Source of the DNA: Alphaproteobacteria bacterium
Lineage (GTDB): Bacteria; Pseudomonadota; Alphaproteobacteria; Rickettsiales; UBA1997
Reading direction: 5' to 3'
DNA: 32,884 nt
NCBI GenBank assembly: GCA_046081665.1
Contig: JBJTWJ010000013.1
Span: 1 to 32,884, forward strand
Below the pieces are notes generated by a model, which worked only from the letters and a program-made list of their open reading frames with translations, had not been told where the DNA came from and searched no databases. The position numbers and the translations under genes were made by a program. Every line of letters starts with the position of its first letter. The stretch's first letter is position 1. Shown piece after piece: positions 7,467 through 18,477 of the stretch.

Positions 7467-10436
7467 ATGAACTCAACTAAAACTGCCACTAAAACTCAAC
7501 ACATTGAGCCATTTGAAGAAAAATTTATTAAGGTTGTAGGCGCTAAGGAACACAATTTAAAAAACGTCAATATCGAAATACCCAAAAATGAACTTGTCGT
7601 GGTAACTGGTCTTAGCGGATCTGGCAAATCTTCTTTGGTTTTCGATACTATTTATGCCGAAGGTCAAAGAAGATTTATTGAGAGTCTTTCGGCATATGCT
7701 CGGCAATTTCTAGATATGCAAGATAAGCCAGATGTTGAAGCTATAACAGGGCTATCGCCATCTATTGCCATTGATCAAAAAACTACTTCTCGCAATCCGC
7801 GTTCAACCGTTGGCACAGTTACTGAGATTTATGATCACTATCGTTTACTTTTTGCACGAATTGGCATTCCTTATTCGCCAAGCACTGGCAAACCAATCAT
7901 TAGCCAGTCAGCTTCGGTGATTGTTGATAAAATTTTGCAATTGCCAAAACGCACTAGGATCTATATTCTTGCTCCAATTACTCGTGGACAAAAAGGTGAA
8001 TTTCGTAAAGAGATGATGAACGCCAGAAAGCAAGGCTTTCAAAGAATCAAGATTGATGGAAAAATTCATGACCTCAACGAAATATTGCCAATTCTTGATA
8101 AAAATAAAAAACATAATATCGAGATTGTTGTTGATCGAATTGTTATCAGTGAAGATTTGGGGAATCGTGTTTCTGATTCAGTGGAAACTGCTTTGAAAGT
8201 GGGCGAAGGTCTTCTTTACATTGAAATTGTTAGCTTTCCAGACGATTTTAAACCAAGCACTTCCAAAAAAAATTCTAAAAACTCTGATTCTAATTCTTCG
8301 TCTAATGAACTTTCAAACTCTCAAGTTGGCGATGTAATTTTATTCAGTGAAAAATTTTCTTGCCCTGATTCTGATTTTAGTATTGGCGAAATTGAGCCAA
8401 GATTATTTTCTTTTAATTCACCTTTTGGAGCTTGTAAACATTGTGATGGTCTGGGAACTGAACAATATTTTAGCACAGATTTAATCATCGAAGATGAAAA
8501 TTTATCATTACGCCAAGGAGCGATTTCATTATGGCAAGGAACTCAGGAACGCTTCTTCTTGCAAGTTTTAAACGCCATGGCCAGCCATTATAAATTCAGT
8601 CTTGATGTTCCTTTTAAAACCCTTAGCGAAGAAATTAAAAATAAAATTTTTTATGGGACAGATGGCGAAGAAATCGAATTAAAAATTGAAGATGGTTTAA
8701 AAACAGTTAAAGTTAAAAAAACTTTTGAAGGAATTATTAACATTCTTAAAAAACGAATTGCCGAAGATGATGAAGAAAATGCTGGTGATGAATTTTTAAA
8801 GTTTCAAGCTTCACGAATTTGCGATGCTTGTGATGGCTATCGTTTAAATCAGCAAGCACTATGCGTAAAAATTGCTGGGTTGCATGTTGGCGAATTAAGC
8901 AAAATGTCTGTTGAAAAATCAATTGAATGGTTTGAAGAATTGCCAAAACATTTAAGCTCAATGCAACAGCAGATTTCTGAACGCTTACTCAAAGAAATTA
9001 CCCGAAGACTTGGCTTTTTAAGAAATGTTGGTTTAGAATATTTAACAATTAGCAGACAAGCTGGAACATTGTCTGGTGGGGAAGCTCAAAGGATTCGTTT
9101 AGCATCACAAATTGGCTCAGGATTGTCTGGGGTGCTTTACGTTTTAGATGAACCTTCAATTGGTCTACATCAATCAGATAACGATAAATTAATTAACACT
9201 TTAAAAAATTTACGCGATCTGGGTAATTCGGTAATTGTTGTTGAGCATGACGAAGAAATGATGCGTGAAGCTGAATATCTGATCGACGTTGGTCCAGGAG
9301 CTGGGATTCATGGCGGAAAAATAATTTCAGCTGGTCGACCTGACACCGTAATCAACGATAAAAATAGCATTACTGGGCAATATTTAAGCGGTAAAAAAAC
9401 TATTGAGATTCCAGATAAAAGACGCAAGCCCGATCCCAAAAAAATAATTACTTTAAAAAACGCCACTTTAAACAATCTTAAAAATGTTACGCTTGATCTG
9501 CCGTTAAAAATTTTTACCGCAGTATCAGGAATATCAGGCGGAGGAAAATCAAGCCTCATCATCAAAACACTTTACCCTGCTTTAAACAAAATTATTAACA
9601 AAGCTCGCGTTGTTCCGGGGCCTTATACTGGAATTTCTGGCTTTCATTTTATTGACAAAATAATCGAAATTGATCAATCACCAATTGGCAGAACTCCGCG
9701 TTCAAACCCTTGTACCTATGTTGGGGCCTTTACTTTCATTCGTGAATTTTATGCCAATTTAAATGAATCAAAAGCTCGTGGTTATAAGGTTGGCAGATTT
9801 TCTTTCAACGTCAAGGGAGGAAGATGCGAGACTTGTCAAGGTGATGGAGTAATAAAAATAGAAATGCATTTTTTACCAGATGTTTACGTTAAATGTGAAA
9901 CTTGTCAAGGCAAACGCTATAACCGCGAAACTTTGGAAATTAAATATAAAGGCAAATCTATCTCCGATGTCCTAGAAATGACTGCTGAAGATGCTTATGA
10001 ATTTTTTGGCAACATGGCTCATATAAGCGATAAATTTAAAGCCTTATGCGATGTTGGATTAGGTTATATTAAAATTGGTCAAAGCGCAACGACCTTATCA
10101 GGTGGCGAAGCCCAAAGAATTAAACTTGCCAAAGAGCTGAGTCGAAAAGCAACGGGAGATACTTTGTATATTCTCGACGAACCAACTACTGGTCTGCATT
10201 TTGAAGACATCAACAAACTTTTAAAAGTTTTACATAAGCTCGTTGATAGTGGCAATTCAATTCTAGTTATCGAACATAATTTAGATGTTTTGAAAACTGC
10301 TGACTGGATTATCGACATTGGTCCTTGCGGAGGTGAAAAAGGCGGATATATTGTCGCCCAAGGCACCCCAGAAGAAGTTGCCAAAAACAAAAATTCAGTA
10401 ACAGGTAAATATCTTGCCAAAATTTTAAAAAAATAA
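7467..10436 (+). CDS. uvrA: Excinuclease ABC subunit A (UvrA)
   Basis: 989 aa with two ABC ATPase modules ([10 protein letters not shown]; [10 protein letters not shown]; LSGGEAQRI twice). Zinc-module cysteines are present (CPDS…CKHCDGLG; CETCQGDG…CETCQGKR). A Ser/Asn/Lys-rich insertion sits near aa 256-290. Confidence 0.95.
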   Translation: MNSTKTATKTQHIEPFEEKFIKVVGAKEHNLKNVNIEIPKNELVVVTGLSGSGKSSLVFDTIYAEGQRRFIESLSAYARQFLDMQDKPDVEAITGLSPSIAIDQKTTSRNPRSTVGTVTEIYDHYRLLFARIGIPYSPSTGKPIISQSASVIVDKILQLPKRTRIYILAPITRGQKGEFRKEMMNARKQGFQRIKIDGKIHDLNEILPILDKNKKHNIEIVVDRIVISEDLGNRVSDSVETALKVGEGLLYIEIVSFPDDFKPSTSKKNSKNSDSNSSSNELSNSQVGDVILFSEKFSCPDSDFSIGEIEPRLFSFNSPFGACKHCDGLGTEQYFSTDLIIEDENLSLRQGAISLWQGTQERFFLQVLNAMASHYKFSLDVPFKTLSEEIKNKIFYGTDGEEIELKIEDGLKTVKVKKTFEGIINILKKRIAEDDEENAGDEFLKFQASRICDACDGYRLNQQALCVKIAGLHVGELSKMSVEKSIEWFEELPKHLSSMQQQISERLLKEITRRLGFLRNVGLEYLTISRQAGTLSGGEAQRIRLASQIGSGLSGVLYVLDEPSIGLHQSDNDKLINTLKNLRDLGNSVIVVEHDEEMMREAEYLIDVGPGAGIHGGKIISAGRPDTVINDKNSITGQYLSGKKTIEIPDKRRKPDPKKIITLKNATLNNLKNVTLDLPLKIFTAVSGISGGGKSSLIIKTLYPALNKIINKARVVPGPYTGISGFHFIDKIIEIDQSPIGRTPRSNPCTYVGAFTFIREFYANLNESKARGYKVGRFSFNVKGGRCETCQGDGVIKIEMHFLPDVYVKCETCQGKRYNRETLEIKYKGKSISDVLEMTAEDAYEFFGNMAHISDKFKALCDVGLGYIKIGQSATTLSGGEAQRIKLAKELSRKATGDTLYILDEPTTGLHFEDINKLLKVLHKLVDSGNSILVIEHNLDVLKTADWIIDIGPCGGEKGGYIVAQGTPEEVAKNKNSVTGKYLAKILKK

Positions 10437-10439
10437 TTT

Positions 10440-11339
10440 ATGCTTGATAAAAAAAACCTCAGAGAATCTTTGCTTGCCTGCTCAATATTGGTTCATAAAA
10501 GAATGCATGATTTACTGCCCGAAAATTTTTCAACCTCGCGAATCGTTGAATCAATGCGTTATACTTGTTTATCGGAAGGCAAAAGAATTCGCCCTTTTTT
10601 AGTAATTGCTAGTGCCAAAATTTTTGGCGTTCCAACTCTTGCCTCGCTTAACGCTGCAACAGCGATTGAATTCATTCACAATTATTCATTGATCCACGAT
10701 GATTTACCAGCGATGGATAATGATGATTATCGAAGAGGTCAACCAACCAATCATAAAAAATTCGATGATGCAACAGCCGTGTTAGCTGGTGACGCTTTAT
10801 TAACTTTCGCCTTTGAAACTCTTGCCCAAATTCAAACTCACAAAGATCCGGTGGTGCGCTGTGAATTAATTTCAGCAATTGCTAAAGCAGTTGGCTTTAT
10901 GGGCATGGTTGGCGGACAAATGATGGATATTGAAAAATCTAATAAAAAAATTTCAAAAGAACAATTGGCGAATTTGCATCGTTTAAAAACTGGCGAGTTG
11001 TTCATGGCTTCAGCAGAAGCAGGAGCAATCTTGGGAAGAGCTTCGCCTGATGATCGCAAAGCACTGCGTTTTTTTGCCAATGATTTAGGTTTAGCATTTC
11101 AAATTCGTGATGATATTTTAGATCACAATGGCATCAATATTGGCAAAATAAATCTCGACGAAATCACTCACAAAAAAACTAAAGATAAGATTAGCTTTGT
11201 TGATATTGTTGGTCTAGAAAACTCTAATAAACAATTGCAAATCCTTCGCCAACAAGCAATTGATCATCTCAGGGTTTTTGGCAAAAAAGCTGATCTATTA
11301 ATTGATTTGACAAATTTTGTAATCGCCAGAAATAATTAA
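10440..11339 (+). CDS. ispA: Polyprenyl diphosphate synthase (farnesyl/geranylgeranyl diphosphate synthase, IspA-like)
   Basis: 299 aa. The first Asp-rich motif is LIHDDLPAMDNDDYRRG and the second is FQIRDDILD. It starts 3 nt after the uvrA stop, so co-transcription is likely. Confidence 0.85.
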   Translation: MLDKKNLRESLLACSILVHKRMHDLLPENFSTSRIVESMRYTCLSEGKRIRPFLVIASAKIFGVPTLASLNAATAIEFIHNYSLIHDDLPAMDNDDYRRGQPTNHKKFDDATAVLAGDALLTFAFETLAQIQTHKDPVVRCELISAIAKAVGFMGMVGGQMMDIEKSNKKISKEQLANLHRLKTGELFMASAEAGAILGRASPDDRKALRFFANDLGLAFQIRDDILDHNGINIGKINLDEITHKKTKDKISFVDIVGLENSNKQLQILRQQAIDHLRVFGKKADLLIDLTNFVIARNN

Positions 11340-11460
11340 TACCATTCCAAATCGCTAAAATATAAAAAAATAGCTTCTTAAATTAAGCGTTTTTTAATTG
11401 GTATTTATAGTTGCCCAAGCATCAGGAGCTGGTAATGATCAGTAAAATAATACCAATTCA
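11339..11460. repeat. Possible degenerate copy of the MITE-like family
   Basis: ATACCATTCCAAAT… , …CTTAAATTAAGCG…AATTGGTATTTATAG… and …AATAATACCAATTC loosely match family segments (ATACCATTTCCAC, AAATTAAGC, GGTATTTATAA). The match is much weaker than for copies 1-4. Confidence 0.3.
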
Positions 11461-11505
11461 ATTAAATTTTATTATTTTTATTTATATATAAATAATTCTA
11501 AATTT

Positions 11506-14097
11506 TTAAATAATAAGTGATCTTTGTTTAACTGGGCTTGCTGAAGCGCTTGTAACGCTATTAGATAATCCATGATCTTGATTTTGAGCTCTAGCTCTCA
11601 TAAAGGAATCTTCTTTGTATGCTTTGATTCTTGACATTGCAGCGCTAATCCTTTCGCTATCAAAACCCTTTTCAAGAGCAATATCGTAACAGTTTTTACC
11701 ATTTTTATCGGTAACAAAAGGACTGGCTCCGTAATTAAGCAAAACTTCAATTATTTCTGGACGTCCTCTTTCGAAAGCTAGATGCAGCGCGGTTTTGCCA
11801 TCATTATTTGTTATATCAATTAAAAATTTATTGGCGATCCCATGAATAATTTGCAATTGTCCGCTTACACTCGCCAAATGCAAACATAAATTACCGCAAT
11901 CATCGGTTGAGAAAATCAATTGAGAATTGCGATTTAATAAAGTTCTAAAAACATGTGGATTAGAATTTTCTATGGCCCAGTGGATGCTGTTTTTTCCTTC
12001 ATTATCTTTGCTAAATGGATTGCAGTCAAATTCTAAAAATTTTTTAACTATTTGCCTATGCCCTTTTTCACAAGCTACATGAAAACAACTTTTGCCTTGA
12101 TAATCTTTAATTTCTAAAAAACTTTTTAGTAATTGTTTTTTATCAGAAAAACAATTGAACAAATTAACAATTTCAAAATTTCCATTTTCACAAGCATAGT
12201 GAAAACAAGTTTTGCCAAGATCATCAGGTTTTACTAATTCAGCGAATCTCTTAACAAATGCCTCTTGAATTAAACTTTTTTGATCCAAAGAAGCTCTAAT
12301 TGAAGGATCGGCGTTTTTTAACAACTCGTCAACAAAATCATTGAAGGTCATCGCTTTTGATATTCGGTGAAACTGAGTTTCGTTAGTTTGAGCAGTTTTT
12401 GCAAATTCAGCTAGGATTTTTTCTTGGGTTGAATCCAAAGCAAGCTCCAAAGGCATTTGACTGGATTTATTTAGAGCATTTTGATTGGCCCCATAATTCA
12501 AAAGCATCTTTGCAAGATTAATATTTTCATTTAGACAGGCATGATGAAGAGGGGTAAACTCGTCTTCATCAAATACATTAACATCGGCGTTATTTTTCAG
12601 CAAGAGGTAAGCAATATTGGCATTGTTTTCTTTGCAAGCGATGTGCAGAGGAGTAGCTCCATTTTTATCAACAGCGTTCACGTTAGCGTTATGTTTTAGC
12701 AAGGCGTTTACAACATTTTCATTTCCATAGGCACAAGCCAAATGCAAAGGGGTTTGTAATTGACGGTGTGTTTCATTTATATCGCAACCAGATTTTGCAA
12801 GGACATCGATTAATTTGCCATTTTCCTTTAATACTGCAGTTGCAATTGCACTAAAGCCTGCTTTATCAACCTTATCAATATCGAAACCCAATTCTATTAT
12901 TCTTTTTACAACATCAACATTTCCGCTCTTAACCGCTAAGTTTAAGATAGTATGGCCATCTTGATTTTCCTCATTAAAACTATATCCACGCTTAATTAAC
13001 TCCATAAATATATCGTCTCTTTCAAGTTTTAGAGCTCGGAAAAATGGATTTAATTCAATATTTTCATTAACAAAAAGATTGGCATTATGATCTAATAATT
13101 TCTTAAAATTTTCAAGACTTAAACTATAAGCAAAATGGATTGCGGTAAAGCCAAATTTATTGAGAATATTGGGGTTAGCATTATTGCTTAACAAAATATC
13201 AATAATCTCTTCGTGACCCATTATGTAAGAAATTTGCAAAGCGGTAATTCCTCCATCGTAAATCTTATCAATATCAGCACCTTGCTTTAAATATTTTTTT
13301 ACATCTTCTGCATGCCCATATTGGCAAGCTTCAAATAAAGAGCCATGAGCATAATATGAGTCGGCTCTTTCAAGCAAATAATCGTCACTTGCTATGTCTT
13401 TTGAAAAAAAATCTTTTTTTGACAAATCAAATTGGAAAGATCGATCAACATAGCGTGCAGAAACTTTTTCTGAAAAATCTCCCAGAGGATTGCTAAGGAT
13501 TTCAATAATTAACGGATCAATATCCTTGTTTGCAAGAGAAAGGGCAGTCTCTTTAAAATAATTTTCAATTGAAACTTTAGCGTTTCTTTTTAACAATTTT
13601 TGAATTTCGAAATAATATTTATTTTTAATGGCAAAAGTTAACGGTGTTTCACCGTTATGAAGCTGGTCATTTACATCAAAATTGTGATCTTTCATTAACT
13701 CATCAACTCTTTTATTATCTTGATTTAAACAAGCTTCTTCAAAATCTTTTTGCATTTGCATTAAGCTAATTTTCGCTGAACTATCTATTAATCGAAAAGC
13801 TTCACTTCGATCAATTTCACGAGCATTTATTTTTAACGAAAAAATTTGCCCTATCTTAACAGCAAATTTGGCATGATTATCAGGTTTTAAATTTAACAAA
13901 TCCCTTGCTGACTGCGAAAATCCATCTTTAGCATCAATATTTGCCCCAATCGCTATGAGCTTTGCAAGGGTTTTATAATCTCGCTTAATAAGTGCTTGAG
14001 ATAAAAGCTTACTACTGTCTGGCAATATGGCATTAACCTCAAAATTTGGATCACTAAGTTTATTGGAGGGATACAGATCTTTAGTTGTTGGTAGCAT
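11506..14097 (-). CDS. Large ankyrin-repeat protein (candidate secreted host-interaction effector)
   Basis: 863 aa. More than a dozen ANK consensus units occur along the whole length (e.g. TPLHLACAYGNENVVNALLKHNANVNAVDKNGATPLHIACKENNANIAYLLLKNNADVN; KTALHLAFERGRPEIIEVLLNYGASPF). There is no signal peptide. The C-terminus is a Ser-rich disordered tail. Confidence 0.9.
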   Translation of the reverse strand: MLPTTKDLYPSNKLSDPNFEVNAILPDSSKLLSQALIKRDYKTLAKLIAIGANIDAKDGFSQSARDLLNLKPDNHAKFAVKIGQIFSLKINAREIDRSEAFRLIDSSAKISLMQMQKDFEEACLNQDNKRVDELMKDHNFDVNDQLHNGETPLTFAIKNKYYFEIQKLLKRNAKVSIENYFKETALSLANKDIDPLIIEILSNPLGDFSEKVSARYVDRSFQFDLSKKDFFSKDIASDDYLLERADSYYAHGSLFEACQYGHAEDVKKYLKQGADIDKIYDGGITALQISYIMGHEEIIDILLSNNANPNILNKFGFTAIHFAYSLSLENFKKLLDHNANLFVNENIELNPFFRALKLERDDIFMELIKRGYSFNEENQDGHTILNLAVKSGNVDVVKRIIELGFDIDKVDKAGFSAIATAVLKENGKLIDVLAKSGCDINETHRQLQTPLHLACAYGNENVVNALLKHNANVNAVDKNGATPLHIACKENNANIAYLLLKNNADVNVFDEDEFTPLHHACLNENINLAKMLLNYGANQNALNKSSQMPLELALDSTQEKILAEFAKTAQTNETQFHRISKAMTFNDFVDELLKNADPSIRASLDQKSLIQEAFVKRFAELVKPDDLGKTCFHYACENGNFEIVNLFNCFSDKKQLLKSFLEIKDYQGKSCFHVACEKGHRQIVKKFLEFDCNPFSKDNEGKNSIHWAIENSNPHVFRTLLNRNSQLIFSTDDCGNLCLHLASVSGQLQIIHGIANKFLIDITNNDGKTALHLAFERGRPEIIEVLLNYGASPFVTDKNGKNCYDIALEKGFDSERISAAMSRIKAYKEDSFMRARAQNQDHGLSNSVTSASASPVKQRSLII

Positions 14098-14302
14098 TAG
14101 TTTTAAAATAAATTTACTATGAGTTATAATTTACTAAAAATTAATTTTAAAAATTATAAACAGTTATAATTTTTTTTTAGAAAATTTAAAATATCAAGAT
14201 TTTTTTAAAACAATTATATTTTTCAATAAAAATCATCTTACTTGATGATTTTAAATTAAAAATAAATTTTTTTTAATAATTTATTTAGAAAAAGAAAAGC
14301 CT

Positions 14303-15325
14303 TTAGCTAGCAGAAATGCCAAGTTTTTTAAAGAGTTTTTGATCTTTAATAATTTCTGGGTTTTGAGTAGTTAACAATTTTTCACCGTAAAAAATTGAAT
14401 TGGCTCCCACTAAGAAACACAAGGCTTGAGTTTGCTCATTCATTTCTTCTCGCCCTGCCGATAATCTAACCTTGGCTTTATTCATCATGATTCTGGCGAT
14501 GGCGATGGTACGAATAAATTCAAATTGGTCAATTGCTTCAACATTTTCTAAAGGAGTTCCTTTAACACGCACTAACATATTGATTGGAACTGACTCAGGT
14601 TGTTTTTCAAGATTAGCTAAAATTATCAACATTTTTGCTCGATCTTCGCGAGTTTCGCCCATCCCAACAATTCCCCCCGAACAAACATTCAAGCCAGCTT
14701 CGCGAACATTTTTCAAAGTGTTTAAGCGATCTTGAAAATTTCTGGTGGTTATAATTTCTGAATAAAATTCTTCGGAAGAATCGATGTTGTGATTGTAATA
14801 ATCTAACCCAGCTTCTTTAAGTTTTTGACTTTGTTTTTCAGTGAGCATACCAAGAGTCATGCAGGTTTCAAGGCCAGTGTTTTTAACGGCTTTAACGATT
14901 TCACAAATTTTATCAACATCGCGATCATGCAAGCTTCGCCAAGCTGCACCCATGCAAAATCTGCTTGCCCCAGCATTTTGAGCATCAATTGCACTCTCAA
15001 CAATTTTTTCAACTGGCATCAATGATTGCTTTTCTAGACCAGTATCGAAATGTGCTGACTGCGGACAATATTTGCAGTTTTCCGGACAACCTCCCGTCTT
15101 GATGCTAAGCAGGGTGCTAACCTGCACCTCGTTAGCATTATGAAATTTTCGATGAATCTGCATCGCTTTGAAAATCAGGTCATTGAATGGCAAATTAAAT
15201 AATTCAAGCACTTCTTCAATTTGCCAATTTTTATGAGCTTCATTAGCATTATTGAGATATTCAGGGCTTATATTATTTGCCAAAATAATTTTATCATTTT
15301 CAAAATTTTGTTGTTCTATGGTCAT
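14303..15325 (-). CDS. bioB: Biotin synthase (radical SAM)
   Basis: 340 aa with the radical-SAM cluster motif [13 protein letters not shown]. Downstream BioB-like blocks are present ([30 protein letters not shown]). Confidence 0.9.
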   Translation of the reverse strand: MTIEQQNFENDKIILANNISPEYLNNANEAHKNWQIEEVLELFNLPFNDLIFKAMQIHRKFHNANEVQVSTLLSIKTGGCPENCKYCPQSAHFDTGLEKQSLMPVEKIVESAIDAQNAGASRFCMGAAWRSLHDRDVDKICEIVKAVKNTGLETCMTLGMLTEKQSQKLKEAGLDYYNHNIDSSEEFYSEIITTRNFQDRLNTLKNVREAGLNVCSGGIVGMGETREDRAKMLIILANLEKQPESVPINMLVRVKGTPLENVEAIDQFEFIRTIAIARIMMNKAKVRLSAGREEMNEQTQALCFLVGANSIFYGEKLLTTQNPEIIKDQKLFKKLGISAS

Positions 15326-16401
15326 TGCCAGATAATATGAAATTTAAAAAGCTCACCCATTTCTTGAGGTGAAACTAAACGATCAAAAGCTTGAGAAATC
15401 TGTTGAGCTTGCGAAGGATTTTGCGAAGATAAATTTTGGCATCGCTGTAAACCTCCAAGCTCAAGCAAAAACTGCCTTTGAGTAACTATTGAAGTTGACA
15501 GTTTAAAACTATGCGCAATTTTATCAAGTGCAAAAAAATCAACATGTCCGGTAATATCACATCCGCTTAAGGCTTGCAAAACAGGTATTTTCTGATGATG
15601 TTTAACAGCTTGCAAGGTATTGGCGAAATCGCTGTATTGATTATATCCGTAATCACAATTTAAAGCAATTCCACGATATTTTTTAAGACATTGACATAAT
15701 TCAAAATAAAAATCTTGTAAGGATTTGCTATATTCAAAAACAGCATTGATTTTGGCTTGATTGGCAATTTCATAGCCTAATTTTTCAATGACAAACTGAT
15801 TAATTTTTGGCGAAAAATTATCAATAACAAAACGAGGGTTACTCAAATTTTCTTGGTCATCAACTTCAATCAATCTCTCGCACCAGCCAATATCGGTTTT
15901 AAAAAATTGATCTATTGCAAAACAATCGAGCAACTCATTGCTAATAAAAAAAATTCTGGCATTTTGAAGGTGAATTTTATTTTTAAATTGTGAAAAATTT
16001 TGATGCCAATTTATCGAAATTTTATCGCTAAATTTTTTTAAATTCTCCTGCTGAATTTTTTTTAAAACTGGATTGATTTCAATAATATCAAAGCTTGCAC
16101 TGTTTAAAAAATCTTGCGCTAAAATGTTATTTTTTTTTGCTAAGTTAAAAATTGTTTGCAAAATATCGCGATATAAAAAACCCCTGCCAGCCCCCATTTC
16201 CACTAGCACAAAAGGGGTTTTTTGGTGCATAAAATAATTTAATAAATAGCTAGCGATAACTTCACCAAAAATCTGCGAAATTTCCGGAGCAGTTATAAAA
16301 TCTTGCTCATTTCCCAAAGGATTGTGAGTCTGATAATAACCTTTCGCTTTGTCAAATAAAGCCTGCTCAACAATTTGGGAAATTTTAAATCTTAAAGACA
16401 T
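15322..16401 (-). CDS. Class I SAM-dependent methyltransferase of the MidA/NDUFAF7 (DUF185) family
   Basis: 359 aa. Carries the signature [14 protein letters not shown] and the SAM-binding VEMGAGRG. Its stop overlaps the bioB start by 4 nt (ATGA). Confidence 0.75.
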   Translation of the reverse strand: MSLRFKISQIVEQALFDKAKGYYQTHNPLGNEQDFITAPEISQIFGEVIASYLLNYFMHQKTPFVLVEMGAGRGFLYRDILQTIFNLAKKNNILAQDFLNSASFDIIEINPVLKKIQQENLKKFSDKISINWHQNFSQFKNKIHLQNARIFFISNELLDCFAIDQFFKTDIGWCERLIEVDDQENLSNPRFVIDNFSPKINQFVIEKLGYEIANQAKINAVFEYSKSLQDFYFELCQCLKKYRGIALNCDYGYNQYSDFANTLQAVKHHQKIPVLQALSGCDITGHVDFFALDKIAHSFKLSTSIVTQRQFLLELGGLQRCQNLSSQNPSQAQQISQAFDRLVSPQEMGELFKFHIIWQ

Positions 16402-16549
16402 TAATTAAAAACATTATTTTTAAAGTTGATTTAAAGTTGATTTTAAATTGTAATTTTTTATTTTTTCACTATATCTTATTTGATAAAATAATTTGCATTT
16501 TATTTTTTTTAATCACAATAATATTTTCAATTTTATGATGTAATTTTTT

Positions 16550-17467
16550 ATGACCAAAATATTTAATTTAAGAGGATTTTCTCCTAAGGGATTTTCTCCT
16601 AAGGGATTTTCTCTTATCGAATTATCAATTGTTATTCTAATCATTGGCATTTTAGTAGCAGGCGTAACGCAAAGCTCAAGATTGATTAGCCAAATGCGTT
16701 TAGTAAGCACCAGATCAATAACTCAAGGCTCTAGCATTCCCTCGATTCAAGGGTTGGTTGCTTGGTGGGAATGTTGCGATGAAAAAACTTTTCTTGAAAA
16801 CGAAGCTAACAATAATTCTCTAATTTCAACTTGGAACGATTTAAATCCTACATCAACCTCTAAAAGTAACCTTGTTCAAAGCAATACATTGTCTCAACCA
16901 ACTTATATTAGTTCTTCAATTAACAATTTGCCAAGTTTGCGCTTTGATGGCTCGGATCGCTTTACTACTAACAATTTCTTTAGCGAGACATTTTCGGTAT
17001 TTGTTGTTCTAAGAACCTCAATAGCTGGCAATGGCAACTCTTCTTCTCAGGCATATTTAGGATCTGCGATAATTGGAGCCGACACTCCAGGAACAGCTAA
17101 CGACATTATCCCTTTGGCAATAGGTGGGGGATTTATAAAAATATTTACTGGAAATTCAGAGACAACTTTAACATCGCCTATAACCGTTAACGATAACAAA
17201 CCATATCTAATTTTTTCTAGTCGAAATATTGCCAATGGCAACAGAACCTTGATGATCAATAATTCTAATCTAGTTAGCGACAATCTTGGCGGAACTACGC
17301 CGCTAAATTCAAACCCTCAGGTTGGCATAGGTGCAGACTCAAATCTTGGGGCAACTCCTTTTAGTGGCGATATCAGCGAAGTTATAGTATTTAATCGCAT
17401 TTTATCAACCGAAGAGCGAACCTCAATATCTCAATATCTTGCCAAGAAATACGCCATTAAATTGTAA
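16550..17467 (+). CDS. Pilin-leader + LamG-like paralog A (prepilin-type N-terminal cleavage/methylation domain protein)
   Basis: 305 aa. The leader is MTKIFNLR(GFSPK)(GFSPK)G|FSLIELSIVILIIGILVAGVTQSSRL, with Gly at -1 and Glu at +5. The C-terminus GDISEVIVFNRILSTEERTSISQYLAKKYAIKL resembles the final strands of a LamG/concanavalin jelly roll. Confidence 0.75.
   Translation: MTKIFNLRGFSPKGFSPKGFSLIELSIVILIIGILVAGVTQSSRLISQMRLVSTRSITQGSSIPSIQGLVAWWECCDEKTFLENEANNNSLISTWNDLNPTSTSKSNLVQSNTLSQPTYISSSINNLPSLRFDGSDRFTTNNFFSETFSVFVVLRTSIAGNGNSSSQAYLGSAIIGADTPGTANDIIPLAIGGGFIKIFTGNSETTLTSPITVNDNKPYLIFSSRNIANGNRTLMINNSNLVSDNLGGTTPLNSNPQVGIGADSNLGATPFSGDISEVIVFNRILSTEERTSISQYLAKKYAIKL
16574..16618 (+). 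repeat. 15-bp in-frame tandem repeat (2 perfect units plus 1 imperfect) inside the leader of paralog A
   Basis: GGATTTTCTCCTAAG occurs at 16574-16588 and 16589-16603. GGATTTTCTCTTATC follows at 16604-16618. Together they encode GFSPK-GFSPK-GFSLI. Confidence 0.95.
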
Positions 17468-17508
17468 ATATTTTAGACCTTAAATCCCCATAAATTAATC
17501 ATTAAAAT

Positions 17509-18402
17509 TTAAATTTTAATTGCCCATTTTTTGGCAAGATATTTTTCAGCATCAATTCGTTCGTCGTTACTAATATTTCGATTGAAGAAAATAATTTCTG
17601 CGATATCACCGCGAAAATATTCAAAATTAACCCAAGCATTGCCCCCAATCATCTGGTAATTAGAACCTGTTGCCCTTGGATCAGGAACTGTAGCGGTTGC
17701 AAATTGAGTAGAATTTAAAAAACCTGTCAATGTTTTTGTTGCAGAACTTTTATAAATTGCGGTAAAAATAATCAAAGAATCAGAGCTAATATTACCGGTT
17801 AAAACTTGACTAGCTGTGGTTAAACCACCTGCCAAATAATTAGTAACGCTATATGTTGATGCTTGTTTATAAATTCTTGTCAAATTAATTGGATTGGACC
17901 ACAGCCCTGCTACCAATATGTCGTGATTTTTTACCGCCCCATCATAAGGCATTCTAAAAACTAAAATTATTGTAAAAGCCGAATCGCCAGAAGGGATTGT
18001 GTTATCTGGCAATGACAGAAATTGGCCATTGGTTGCACCATTAAAATTAACCAGAGGTAACGATCCTGAGCTGTTATAAATTGGTCTTCTACCTGTGGTT
18101 GCTTGAGTGGCGTTTAAGGGAGTTGTGGTTTGGGGATTAATATCAAACCAAGTGCTAATTTCACTACCATTACTTGCTTGAATTGGATCAAAACTTTTTT
18201 CTAAAGTAGTTTCTAGCCATAAAACTAAACCATTTATTGATGAAACAGGCGAACTTAAAGTAATTGCTCTTGCTGATTGAATTTTCATAGCGTTAATCAA
18301 TCGCGAAGACTGCGTAACCCCTGCAACTAAGATCCCGATGATTAATATTACAATTGATAGCTCAATTAGTGAAAAAGCGTTTTTTTTGTTAATTTTTAAC
18401 AT
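17509..18402 (-). CDS. Pilin-leader + LamG-like paralog B
   Basis: 297 aa. N-terminus MLKINKKNA|FSLIELSIVILIIGILVAGVTQSSRLINAMK. C-terminus GDIAEIIFFNRNISNDERIDAEKYLAKKWAIKI. Confidence 0.75.
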   Translation of the reverse strand: MLKINKKNAFSLIELSIVILIIGILVAGVTQSSRLINAMKIQSARAITLSSPVSSINGLVLWLETTLEKSFDPIQASNGSEISTWFDINPQTTTPLNATQATTGRRPIYNSSGSLPLVNFNGATNGQFLSLPDNTIPSGDSAFTIILVFRMPYDGAVKNHDILVAGLWSNPINLTRIYKQASTYSVTNYLAGGLTTASQVLTGNISSDSLIIFTAIYKSSATKTLTGFLNSTQFATATVPDPRATGSNYQMIGGNAWVNFEYFRGDIAEIIFFNRNISNDERIDAEKYLAKKWAIKI

Positions 18403-18477
18403 TTTTTATTTTTTTTAATCTAATTCTAGCTAAACTTATTTTTTTATTTTTATTTAGTTGTTTATGTATAAGTTTTG

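Noticed and set aside
16513-16710. 65-aa ORF on the minus strand containing repeated ENPLG units
   Set aside because: It is the antisense reading of the 15-bp tandem repeat and the conserved pilin helix of paralog A. The periodicity is explained by the + strand gene.
16600-18380. Inversion switch (shufflon-like) between the convergent paralogs A and B using their conserved 5' segments as inverted repeats
   Set aside because: The peptide is identical, but the A and B 5' segments differ at many synonymous sites. By eye this is roughly three quarters identity with no long perfect run. No recombinase gene is nearby. Homology-driven inversion is therefore not supported by the sequence.
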